Assembly: GCA_905178155.1 (NCBI GenBank)
Contig: CAJINV010000009.1
Coordinates: 3,015,373-3,079,372, forward strand
DNA: 64,000 nt
Direction: 5' to 3'
Source of the DNA: Amoebophrya sp. A120
Lineage: Eukaryota > Protista > Dinoflagellata
A program made the position numbers and the translations under genes. The notes under the pieces are model-generated. The model searched no databases. It was not told where the DNA came from and saw only the letters and a program-made list of their open reading frames with translations. This document shows positions 48,060 through 58,474 of the stretch, in pieces (position 1 is the first letter of the stretch; each line of letters opens with the position of its first letter).

Positions 48060-48724
48060 TTTGATAATATGACACTCTTCGATATTACGAAGTGGAAGTT
48101 GACTACAAGAATCAACGTACTAATACTAAGGAGGAAGAAAAAACATGCGTGGCTCCTGCCGCTGCGTGTCTAATGTACTTTTTACCCACCAAACAAGTTT
48201 ATGTGCAATTACGTTGTGGAAAGAAGTCACGTCTGTCATCGCGCCAGGAATGGCGCAGACGACATCTCGATCTCCAGTACGTATCTATTATACGAGTGAA
48301 GGGGAGGAGCAGGAGCAAAAGGGCTTGCTCGCGCCCACGATAACGGGAACGCGAAATTTGGAGCGACAATGTGAATGAAAGCAGCACATCTTCACTTCTG
48401 GCGAAACGACAACGACAACGATTCGAAGATCCCAGTTATGGTAGTATCTCGATGAGAAATATGAAAACACGCCCGATGTACTTATGTATTCCCTGTTTGA
48501 ACATCACGGGCGGGCTTGTTTATTTTTTCTGAGATGAACATCGTCGCTCGCTCCTTGTAATCTGGATTTGATTCGATCAACACGAAACGATCACCCGAAC
48601 TCATCCCACGTGTTGAACACAAATAAGAACACGACTTGGCCATTTGCATTTCATCTGTATCTTAATCTTGCGAGACAATGTTCTATAACCATGTCCATAA
48701 CTTCTGTGCCGCGCATAGTACTGA

Positions 48725-50524
48725 CTAGATATTTGCAGGAAGATCATGGTCTCCAAGTCCATGGTCTTGTTTTAAGTGATTCTCTTGGAGTGCAAGCAAC
48801 TCCCGTGCGCGGTCGAGCTGCTCACACGGACTCATAGTGACGAAATCTACAAAGTACTGACTCTGCAGCACCTGCCGCACTTCGGAGTGCGGCTTCAGGC
48901 CGATCTGAATGCTGGGCGGATAGAGCAGAAGAAATTTCCGCTCGACCACCGCCTTTTCGTCCGACCTTGCATCGTCCTGGTTCGACTTCATGGAAGTAGT
49001 GGCGAACGCCGCACGGTTTTGGATCAGTGCGTCGAAGGGGATAATGAAAACCCCGCGAATGCGCTCTGCGGACCGGTCTGGTATGATTGCAATGTAGAAA
49101 TCCAAATCCACCGCTCGGTGTGCGGTGTTCATTTGTTGAAACAAAAACGCTTTTCCGGCCCCGTACCGCTCCTGGCGGTAGCAGGTCCGCAGCAGACACG
49201 CGCGCCCGGACAACTGAATGTTTCCGCGGTATGGATGGGCTGTCGTCGAGTAGCGCAGGTGTGTGAGTTCCACCTGGAGCGGATCGAACAAAAGCTTTCG
49301 CAGCTCCGCTCCACTGCGATGCGCCACCCGGTCGTGCGGGTGCTCGCAAACTAGCTCGATCCACTCGTCAATCGTCCTCCTCGGCATCTCCGCACACCAC
49401 CTGGAAACCGTCCGCTCTAGGAATCCCGGATCCAGCGGCCGGAGCTCATCCTTCGGCAAAAACATGGATCTGCTCTTTCCCGACCCCGTCAAGAACGCCG
49501 GTAGCTCGTCGCCATCGAGAAAGCACACGGTGGAAGGTTCGTGGCACACAAAGACGTAGGACACACCGAGTGGCAGCTCCGCCACGTGCGAGAACCGCAG
49601 GCTTTGGCGCGACGGCTGCTGCGTTCGCAGACCGTGATGCGACCATGCGGAACACACTTTCACTTGTATTGCGACCCAACTGTTGTCCGTGCCGTGCTTC
49701 CTCCGAAGCAGGTAGGTGGCTTTGGCTCGGCGCGGCAGGTGGAAAATTTCGAACGTGTCGCCGAGCGTTCGGGAGATGTGGCCGCTAAACCACGTTCGGC
49801 CGATGTGCGCCACCTCGTGGGCAGCAACCGCCCGCTGCGAGACTTCGGGCGGTATTGTCGGCTTGACGGGGTGCACCACCTCCCGTCCGAAAAAGTCGGC
49901 GTACGACACCCAGCCGCGGGCCTTGTACTGGCGCGCGAGGTTTGACGGAATGAAGGCTGGTCGTTTCTCGCGGCGAAATCTCGAACGAAACCCGTCTACC
50001 GTCTTCACCTCCGGGTACGTCTGCTGCATGAACCTGCTCGCGGCGTCGTAGTCGAGAAACCGCGACGAAGGTTCATCTTCTACTGCTTTTGCAGCAGGAG
50101 CGTCACTCGTTTGACGCGCGGTCGCAGCAAAATTTCCTGTCGCGGCCGAACCCAAAAATCTCCGGGCCGTTGTAAGCGAGGATGCACTCAGAAAACCTTC
50201 CCCTGCGATAGTTCCGGAGTACGGGGAACGCGAACGAAGAGCAAACATCTTTCTCTTTGTTTGAATTTCTTCTCTGGAAAAATAAAACGCGGGTCCACCA
50301 GAATCATGGCTCTCACGCTCAAACAGTTTCCCCGCCCCCGGCCCCGAAACACACGAGGTTTTGATTTCCGGCCATTCCCGCTGCATGTACTGGCGCGCGG
50401 CTTCGTAGCCCAAACACTTGGACTGCGATCCTCGCACCCGCGCATGGCGTGCTGCTGTGCGATTTACCACCTCGACTGACGAGCCGCACGATGGATACGA
50501 ACGGGGAAGCGACAGCTGCAACAT
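48725..50524 (-). CDS. Intronless ~599-aa integrase-repeat/PD-(D/E)XK-like protein (paralogue of 35799-37259)
   Basis: Two repeat units (YEAARQYMQREWPEIK; FLDYDAASRFM...RPAFIPSNLARQYKARGWVSYADFFG) and WVAIQVK. ATG 50524 preferred because the upstream ORF part lies within an insertion. Confidence 0.75.
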   Translation of the reverse strand: MLQLSLPRSYPSCGSSVEVVNRTAARHARVRGSQSKCLGYEAARQYMQREWPEIKTSCVSGPGAGKLFERESHDSGGPAFYFSREEIQTKRKMFALRSRSPYSGTIAGEGFLSASSLTTARRFLGSAATGNFAATARQTSDAPAAKAVEDEPSSRFLDYDAASRFMQQTYPEVKTVDGFRSRFRREKRPAFIPSNLARQYKARGWVSYADFFGREVVHPVKPTIPPEVSQRAVAAHEVAHIGRTWFSGHISRTLGDTFEIFHLPRRAKATYLLRRKHGTDNSWVAIQVKVCSAWSHHGLRTQQPSRQSLRFSHVAELPLGVSYVFVCHEPSTVCFLDGDELPAFLTGSGKSRSMFLPKDELRPLDPGFLERTVSRWCAEMPRRTIDEWIELVCEHPHDRVAHRSGAELRKLLFDPLQVELTHLRYSTTAHPYRGNIQLSGRACLLRTCYRQERYGAGKAFLFQQMNTAHRAVDLDFYIAIIPDRSAERIRGVFIIPFDALIQNRAAFATTSMKSNQDDARSDEKAVVERKFLLLYPPSIQIGLKPHSEVRQVLQSQYFVDFVTMSPCEQLDRARELLALQENHLKQDHGLGDHDLPANI

Positions 50525-50558
50525 CTTGTCTTTCACCCTTCTCTTCAAAGAAGATGAA

Positions 50559-51622
50559 CCAGCCACCCCCCGGCGGAGGCCGCCGGGGAGGGGGCTGTTC
50601 GGTGGAGGTGTTCCGGTGGGGAAGGTGGCGCCAGCAATGAATCGCTGCGCGCCACTACACAACCAAAGAAAAAGAGCCCGGCCCATGTTTCGGCATGGGT
50701 GGGCAACCGGAGGGGCGCGCCTCTAGGGCGCTGCCTGTATTACTAATAGACGGCGCGGGGGCGCGTCCTACACTTCCGCCTGCTGCTGCATGCCCGGCCT
50801 TAATAGCTGCGCGCCGTGAGAAAATGCGCACAGGGAACTATTTCCGGGCGCCAGCGCGTTTCAGGCGCCACAAGGACGACGCACCGACCTGCTGCCAGCG
50901 CGCGCGGGCGCTGTGTAAAGTAGTTGCGGCCACCCTAGGTGGCCGACCAGGTTAGGGCGGGGCGCCGCGCCCCCTCTGGGGGACGCAGAGCGGCGCACGC
51001 ACTTTGAACGGCCGCTCTGATCTGAAAGCTAAAGCAATGCCAGCCGGTCGCTGCGCCCTAGCGAGCTTCTTGAGGAGGCGCCGCGCGCAGAAAAATGGGC
51101 TGGCTGTGCTCCGGGAGAGGTTCCCGGAGAGGGTCCGGGAGAGGGTCCCGGAGAGGGTCCGGGAGAGGGTCCGGGAGAGGGTCCGGGAGAGGGTCAGAGA
51201 GGGTCCGGGAGAGGGTCCGGGAGAGGGTCGGAGAGGTTCCCGGAGAGGGTCCGGGAGAGGGTCGGAGAGGTCCCGAGAGGGTCCGTTGAGAGGTAACATA
51301 GAGGTTCCCTGGGAGGGTCGCGGTAGAGGGTCGCCTAGAGGGTCGCCTTATACTACGCACCCTCTTCGACCCTCTACACCCTCTTCCCCTACCCTCTACT
51401 TTACCTCTCCCCAACCTCTACCCAACTTCTGCGCGCGTATTGCCGCGCTTTAACGGCGTGCATACTACGCACCCTCTCCCTACCCTCTCCGCTACCTCTC
51501 GTTTTACCTCTCCCCGACCCTCTCACTTTGGCCGACCCTCTACTTTACCTCTCCGACCCTCTATTTTACCTCTATGAAACCTCTCCCCAACCTCTACTGT
51601 ACCCTCTCCCGCCCCGTTTTAT
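50559..51622. mobile_element. GC-rich terminal-hairpin element (copy 2) flanked by a ~72-bp duplication
   Basis: 50487-50558 is nearly identical to 51623-51693; (CCGGGAGAGGGT)n at ~51111-51285 and ACCCTCT arrays at ~51358-51610. Confidence 0.65.
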
Positions 51623-52693
51623 CACGATGGATACGAACGGGGAAGCGACAGCTGCAACATCTTGTCTTTCGCCCTTCTCTTAAAGAAGATGAATACACAA
51701 CACCGCTCTTGTCCACCATGCTCTCAACTTTTCAAGAGCGCCGATATCCCCTCAGCCTCTCTTCCCCTAACAGACACGCTCAAAGTCTTCTTCAGAGTCT
51801 CCGGAAACGTCAAAGGATCTTTTCCGACTATTACTGAAACCGACACGGATGAATACTTTTACCGTAATCGTTCAGCTTCGGGAGGTCTCACAGTTGGTGG
51901 AAATTGAAAATAAGAAAAACACCGCATGGATTCTACTTGCTTCGTGAAACATTAAAGATGGAGCGGGGTAATAGCGTTTAGCGCTGCGCACAGAAGCGAG
52001 AAGTATCTTTCAAAAGGTATGCCAAAACTGCAAAAGATGCATTTGAATTTCTCTTGGGGGGTGAACGTCTTTGCCATATGCGTTTTTCCACGACGTCTTC
52101 ACTGCTGGTTTGTAGTTTTTCGTTCTTCGATTCATCGACATGAACCGGCACAATAAATACCCGCGGCCCATTTATTTCGGCCCTACAACAAAAGTTATTT
52201 TTCCTATGCCATAAAACAGGACGGGGGGCACAAAATGTGTGCCTTCTGTGGTAAGTAGCTCCATAAAGTATGTAAAGCTGTGGTTGGCTTTCGTACATAC
52301 AATATCAGAAAAAACGGCTGCTGACTTGCTTATTCATGTTTTTTATTTGTATGGAGAGTAGCGACGCATAGGTTGTAGTAAGTTGATGTTGAAGTTCTTT
52401 GTCTTTCTCATTCTCTTGTATCAATAATGCAACTGCAAAAAATATTGTTGGCTTATTTCAATTCACCGATCATAACACGTCTCTGCGCGGCTGCGGCAAG
52501 AAGTTTGTGTTTGCGGAGCACGAAGGACTAAACCACCGGCACCGCTTTGTTCTTGCTGAAGTAGAAAATGGTGGCACTTCTACTACAGGCTCACCACCGT
52601 AGAGGCTCTCGTGTGGTTTCGTTGCAGAAACCGCGGTATCGGGATTTCCGCTTCGCGCGGGGGTCGAACCACCAGGGACTCTGGCTCCGATGA

Positions 52694-52999
52694 TATGCAT
52701 CGCAAACATGTCTGGGTCCTCTTGGAAACTACGTGCCAACTTCAACTTGTGATGCGCGGATTATATAACGCAGCTGCAGCTCCTCACGCGGTTACATAAC
52801 AAAGACAAACATCTGTCATGTAAGTTGGTATAATGACGTCTTCTGGTGCTCCGATTGAATTCTGTCCACACGGGACGAGACTACGGGAGTTGCCATTCAG
52901 GATTAAGGAGCAGAAATCTCCTGCTCCTCCTGCGTAAAAGCTGTACTATTGTTTTCGCATGCAAGACGGGTCTTGTTCTGGATCAGATTTGCACATTAA
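52694..52999. mobile_element. Degenerate family A introner
   Basis: Left TIR TATGCATCGCAAACATGTCTGGGTC; right end decayed; flanks GATGA/GATGC. Confidence 0.45.
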
Positions 53000-53085
53000 G
53001 ATGCAAAAATAAGCAGACACAGCAACAGCCGGAGCCGCATTCTAACAAGTACTTATTACTTATTCCAGATGAGGACCTCCCAGAT

Positions 53086-54522
53086 TTAGTTTTTATTTCT
53101 GATAGAGGAATCATCGGACCTATGATATCTGGTAGAGGAATCATCGGAACTGTGATAACTCTGCGCCGACGAAGCCATTGACGAAGTCTCACTGTTGGGC
53201 ACGAGGATGCGACTCGCGCCTGCGGCGCCCGCCGCGGTCGTCTGAACGCGCGACGGAGCGAACCCATGATCGTCGGAACCGCGCCCCTGCTGCTGCTGGT
53301 TGCGTAAAAATTCGTGCCACGTCGGCCGCAACTCGGTCTGCTCGTCCTGGCCTTCCCCATCCTCCGGTGGGAGGAAGGAGGGTTGTTGCTGCGGGCCAAC
53401 ACGTTCCTGGTGCTGCTGGTCCCGAAGGGCAAGCAGCTGATAACAGGTCCCTGCTAGCTGATGGTCGTGATGCATCTGCTGCTGCCTCGGATCTAGTTCA
53501 GTTTGTCCAGCATCATTACCCACGGCAACCTGGTTCCACATCTGCTGCCGAAACAAGGTCTGGGACCTCCAAAGTAGATCGCGCACAGCAGACTGCTGTG
53601 CGCGATCTTCTACTTCGGAGGTCGACTGCATATAGTTTGCAGCTTGCTCCTGGCCAGAAGATTGTTGTTCAGGAGCAGGACCCGGTGCGGCTAGATGACC
53701 ACTGCACGGATAATAATTCCCACCTAGTTGTACGTCTTCCCGCGGCAGGAAGGCCTCGTTGCGTTCTTGCTCCCCCTGGACTTCTACACCGTCGCCCACA
53801 CGCTGCTGGTCTAGCCACGCAGCCGGAGCAGAAGGAGAACTTCCGCTACAGCTAGCACCAGTTTCGAAGGTTCTCGAACCCGTACTATAGCTCGTCGAAA
53901 GAATCAAACAGCCTTCCTGGTCATGGCGATAAAGCAGTCCTGGAGGTGGAGGAGGTCCACTGCTGGAAGCCGCGGCTGCAACGCAGGAGGATCTTCTCAC
54001 CGCAGTTGGCTCGTCGTCGGGCATGCTGTATAAAAATTGCCGGTTCTTGAACTTCTTCTTCGAGGGAACTACATGAGGATCATGGTTAGGCAAACGCAAA
54101 GCTCCCTCTTGTTCACCGTGCTGGTTATCTATTTCGTCTTGATGCACAAATAGTCCCTGCACAAAATCCCCGGTTCTTGTAGTTGTACCACGACCAAGTA
54201 CGACTCGGGAATCTTCTACTTCCGGCTGCAATGCTCCTGTATACGACGTCGGCGCGGCAGTTCTTATCGTGTGGCCAGGATCAAATATGTTTCCTCGTTG
54301 GTCCCCGACGTCGTGGTCCGAGTGTAGCTGATCTTGATGCTCGTGAAAGCCTCCGCGACCTCCGTCTTCTCCGCCACCTCCCGCAGAAAACAAACTCGCG
54401 TTCGTCGTCGCACCCGGCGAATGCGGACGGTCTAAAATTTCGCTCCCGAAAATAGACAGTGCATCCTCTTCGGCCCGTGGCGCTTCTGTGGAGGCAAACG
54501 AAGTACTTAGGCACAACGTCAA
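53086..54522 (-). CDS. Low-complexity Gln/Ser-rich ORF, possibly the frameshifted continuation of gene 7
   Basis: 478-codon ORF overlapping the end of the gene 7 ORF in another frame. Confidence 0.4.
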   Translation of the reverse strand: MTLCLSTSFASTEAPRAEEDALSIFGSEILDRPHSPGATTNASLFSAGGGGEDGGRGGFHEHQDQLHSDHDVGDQRGNIFDPGHTIRTAAPTSYTGALQPEVEDSRVVLGRGTTTRTGDFVQGLFVHQDEIDNQHGEQEGALRLPNHDPHVVPSKKKFKNRQFLYSMPDDEPTAVRRSSCVAAAASSSGPPPPPGLLYRHDQEGCLILSTSYSTGSRTFETGASCSGSSPSAPAAWLDQQRVGDGVEVQGEQERNEAFLPREDVQLGGNYYPCSGHLAAPGPAPEQQSSGQEQAANYMQSTSEVEDRAQQSAVRDLLWRSQTLFRQQMWNQVAVGNDAGQTELDPRQQQMHHDHQLAGTCYQLLALRDQQHQERVGPQQQPSFLPPEDGEGQDEQTELRPTWHEFLRNQQQQGRGSDDHGFAPSRVQTTAAGAAGASRILVPNSETSSMASSAQSYHSSDDSSTRYHRSDDSSIRNKN

Positions 54523-57500
54523 CTACAGCTTGGTGTTGTCGCTCTTGATGTTCTTGTTGCTGCAAAACTTGCTCCAGCCCGCGCAGAGCACTAGCCTGTT
54601 CCCCCGAGAGGTCGGGGGCCAAGAAAGGCCCTTGTGCACCGGAAACGGCGGGAGAGGAGGAGGCGGATGAGCGAGGAGTTGAAGTACTACTATGGCTTGT
54701 GGTCCCACTAGTGCAAGTCCCCGGAGGACGAGTAGCAGAAGTAGATCGCCCTGCTAAACGGGAGGACCCGCTGGTGTTCTTCTTCCTCGAAGATCGCGGT
54801 CCAGCAGCAGCTATTGCCTTTGCAGCAGCCGGAATTGGCTTTGCAGCAGCCGGAGTTGGCCCTGAAGCGGACCACCCACTGGCGTAGTTCCCCGGTGGTC
54901 CAGATTCCTCCGATACTGGTTCCGTCGACCGGAATTGCAGGTGTTTGACCCATCGAAACCGCCCGTGTGGCCGCTGCAAGTCGTAAGCCGGGTTTTTACT
55001 TTCCCCGCTGGAACAGGTGCAGCCCTCCTGCCCCCGATGAACTGCGGTTTTTTTGTCCGGCGTCTCGTGGCCAATTTTTGGTCCTCCTGGAATCCCTCGG
55101 AGGATGTACCGCTTTTCTTCTTCGCTCCAAAAAACCGGCGGTTGCTTGTTCCTGTTATTGCCCGCGTCGTTCTTGTTGTACGGGGAATTTTTACTTTTTC
55201 CACCAGCATCGTCGTGATAGGGATACCAGTCAATCTGCAGCGAGACTTGCGGAAAGAACACGTCTAGCCCTCCCTTTATCAAAAGTAAAAATGTCTGGGT
55301 CTGGAAACTTGTGATGCTGGTCGGCGTCTCATGATGAGGCTACGAATACTGGCTCAGCATGACAAGTTTCTGAGCTCCTAGGTGTTGCCTATTCTGCATG
55401 ACAGAATGCGGCTCTGCATCACAGAAAAACGGAGCTCTTGGATAACGTGCATGACAGATTTAAGAGTCATGCCAGACAAGCATGACAAACATGAATTCCT
55501 CCAGACCCAGACATTTTTACAGTTGATACCCTTGACCGCAGAACCAGTTGCGGAGCAGGAGGAAGTGCGGAAAGAAGTAGAAGACTCTTGGTTCTTCGAT
55601 GTTCCCGGCAACACCTTCGGCAGGAATCTCGCTTTAGCCTTGCTGGACGACGCTGCAGGGTCCGACGATGCAGGTTCACCCGAGGAGGAAGAGGCCATGG
55701 CTGTACCTCCCTTGCGCGGTCCCGCCGATGGATTTACCACCGCGTTTTCACCTTTTCGGTGGACTGATGCAGTTGCACCCCCGCCGTGTACTTCTGCTTC
55801 ACTGGAAAGATAGGACGGCGACCACGTCGACAGGCTCTTCTTAGTAGCACTAGAAGTATCGGCATCCAAGAAAAAAACTGTCTTAGTGCAAGTCTTTTGG
55901 GAAAACAGCATCACAAGTTTGTCTGCAGTGACAGGAAAAACTTGTTATGCGCAGACAGGAAGGGAAAACACATAAGTACATAGGAAACGAGCCGATCATG
56001 CATGTCGAGCATGAGAAGTGTAACTTTTTCTGCATCACAGATTTACACTTACACAGTTTTTTTCTTGCATAATCGGTTGTGTCGCCTCCAGTTTCAATTT
56101 TGACACTCAAAAACCCGACCATGGCGGGCTTGTAGTATTGCAGCTTGGAATCCCATATCAAATGCAAAAATGTCTGGGTCTGGAAGAATGCAACTTGTCT
56201 TGCTGATTTTGGATTCCAAAAAAATCTGTATTGCATGACCAGCAAGACGAGGTTTGTGCCACGTGGAGAGGGTATCTCTCATGCGGAATAGGCATCACAA
56301 AGCCTTCTAAAAATCTGTGATGCTAGGCCATGCATTACAGGCTTCATGGCTGATGCAGAATATGCAACACAAACCTGGCAGTCTTCCAGACCCAGACATT
56401 TTTACATTTGATATCCCACGTTGGATTCCACCACACATCCTTTCCCCCCAAAAGTGCATTCGCCCGATTTTGCAGCTCCTGGTATCAAATGTAAGAACGT
56501 ACCGCCTCTAAACCCAATAGGCAACAAGATAGGGAGTGTGCTACGGAATAAATCGTAGAACTTTGGAAGAAGTCAAGCGTGACAGCCTCGTTGATGTAGT
56601 GTAGTCAAAATTAGCTTGCGTTTCGGCGTTAGAAATGTTCCCATACTAATTAGACAAGTGTGACGAATTGCCAAAAACTCACAACCCCTACAATTCGCAT
56701 GTCATTATGGGAAGCTGCATGACAGCACGGGATATCGACATTGTATCGTTTTATAAACGCAAAACTCCATGGCAAACACGGCGTAGTTGCTTTTTTACAC
56801 AGGATACCTGGAGAAAAAACGCATTCGCCTGGTTTTCCAGTTCCTGGGCAAAAAAATAGCCACTTTCTGGTCGCGCAGCACCACGGACGACGGGCTGCCT
56901 GCGATTCAGATACTGCTCTGCTCTGTTCTGCGCCGCGAGCCTGCTGACCGCGTTTAAAAAGAGTTCACAGTTTTCTTCCTCGACATTCACCCAGAACTTC
57001 GGCTGGGATTTGTAGCGGTTGTTCCCCATGCGCGCTTGGTATTTCGGGAAGTAGTAGTCCTCGTCGGTTGAAAAGAGTTCCGCGTTCAATTTCTCCTGGT
57101 TCGCATCCGATAGGGGTATGATAAAGTTTTTCAGCAGCTTTCTGTTCACCAATTTGTACTTTTGGTTATTCCGAGTGATGAAAACTTGTTCGCGTTCTTC
57201 ACGAATTTCACGGTGTATTTTGTTGTAATTATTTTTCTCCGGCTCTAGATCTTTCTCGACCCAAATGCCGTGAAAAATTTCGTCGCAGTGGGAGAGTAAA
57301 CGGGTTTCTGGAAGTTCTACGTCCGACGCAATTTCGACATCCGGCTATCGCCAGAAAAAACTGCTTCATCTGTAAACTTGCATATGCAAAAAATGTATCT
57401 CACAAGTGTTTGTCTTGCTACACATCCAAGACAGTGGATTTTCACGACCTGCGTTTTCCCTTAGGAACCTTGCATGGCAAATTTTCCCTGTCATGTAGAA

Positions 57501-57688
57501 CATCAAACTTGTGATGCAAATAACCTGCAAAATCCTTACAGTGAAACACTTTTTTCTCACGATACCGGCCGGTCGATAACAAACGCCGCGCGGGAGGAGA
57601 GGAGAAAGTACCTCGAAGCAGCCGGCACGAGAAACAGCAGCCGCAAATGGGCTGCTGCTCGGTAGAGAATGGTAAGGGTTTTTGACAT
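54281..57688 (-). CDS. Hypothetical protein (gene 7) with 5 introners; 3' end uncertain
   Basis: MSKTLTILYRAAAHLRLLFLVPAA...; five TSD-flanked elements, and the junctions I translated stay in frame. Confidence 0.65.
55277..55528. mobile_element. Introner, family A
   Basis: TIRs, TSD CCCTT. Confidence 0.92.
55863..56071. mobile_element. Introner, family D
   Basis: TIRs, TSD ATCGG. Confidence 0.88.
56156..56413. mobile_element. Introner, family A
   Basis: TIRs, TSD TCCCA. Confidence 0.92.
56483..56806. mobile_element. Introner, diverged B-like
   Basis: TAT...ATA ends, TSD CCTGG, frame restored. Confidence 0.8.
57346..57564. mobile_element. Introner, family D
   Basis: TIRs, TSD CCGGC. Confidence 0.9.
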
Positions 57689-57804
57689 CTTGACAATTCC
57701 TATACTATACGAAAAGAGCAGCGTGAATTATCAGGGGAGGGGGAGGGGGGGGGGACCCCGGGGGTCCGGGGGAGGGGACCCCCCCTCGAGGAGGGGGGAG
57801 GGGG

Positions 57805-58474
57805 NNNNNNNNNNNNNNNNNNNNNNNNNNNNNNNNNNNNNNNNNNNNNNNNNNNNNNNNNNNNNNNNNNNNNNNNNNNNNNNNNNNNNNNNNNNNNNNN
57901 NNNNNNNNNNNNNNNNNNNNNNNNNNNNNNNNNNNNNNNNNNNNNNNNNNNNNNNNNNNNNNNNNNNNNNNNNNNNNNNNNNNNNNNNNNNNNNNNNNNN
58001 NNNNNNNNNNNNNNNNNNNNNNNNNNNNNNNNNNNNNNNNNNNNNNNNNNNNNNNNNNNNNNNNNNNNNNNNNNNNNNNNNNNNNNNNNNNNNNNNNNNN
58101 NNNNNNNNNNNNNNNNNNNNNNNNNNNNNNNNNNNNNNNNNNNNNNNNNNNNNNNNNNNNNNNNNNNNNNNNNNNNNNNNNNNNNNNNNNNNNNNNNNNN
58201 NNNNNNNNNNNNNNNNNNNNNNNNNNNNNNNNNNNNNNNNNNNNNNNNNNNNNNNNNNNNNNNNNNNNNNNNNNNNNNNNNNNNNNNNNNNNNNNNNNNN
58301 NNNNNNNNNNNNNNNNNNNNNNNNNNNNNNNNNNNNNNNNNNNNNNNNNNNNNNNNNNNNNNNNNNNNNNNNNNNNNNNNNNNNNNNNNNNNNNNNNNNN
58401 NNNNNNNNNNNNNNNNNNNNNNNNNNNNNNNNNNNNNNNNNNNNNNNNNNNNNNNNNNNNNNNNNNNNNNNNNN
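57805..58474. other. Assembly gap (670 N), G-rich on the left and C-rich on the right
   Basis: N run. Confidence 1.

Noticed and set aside
50525-50686. N-terminal 54 aa of the 653-aa ORF
   Set aside because: Lies mostly inside the inserted element; ATG 50524 is in the duplicated host sequence.
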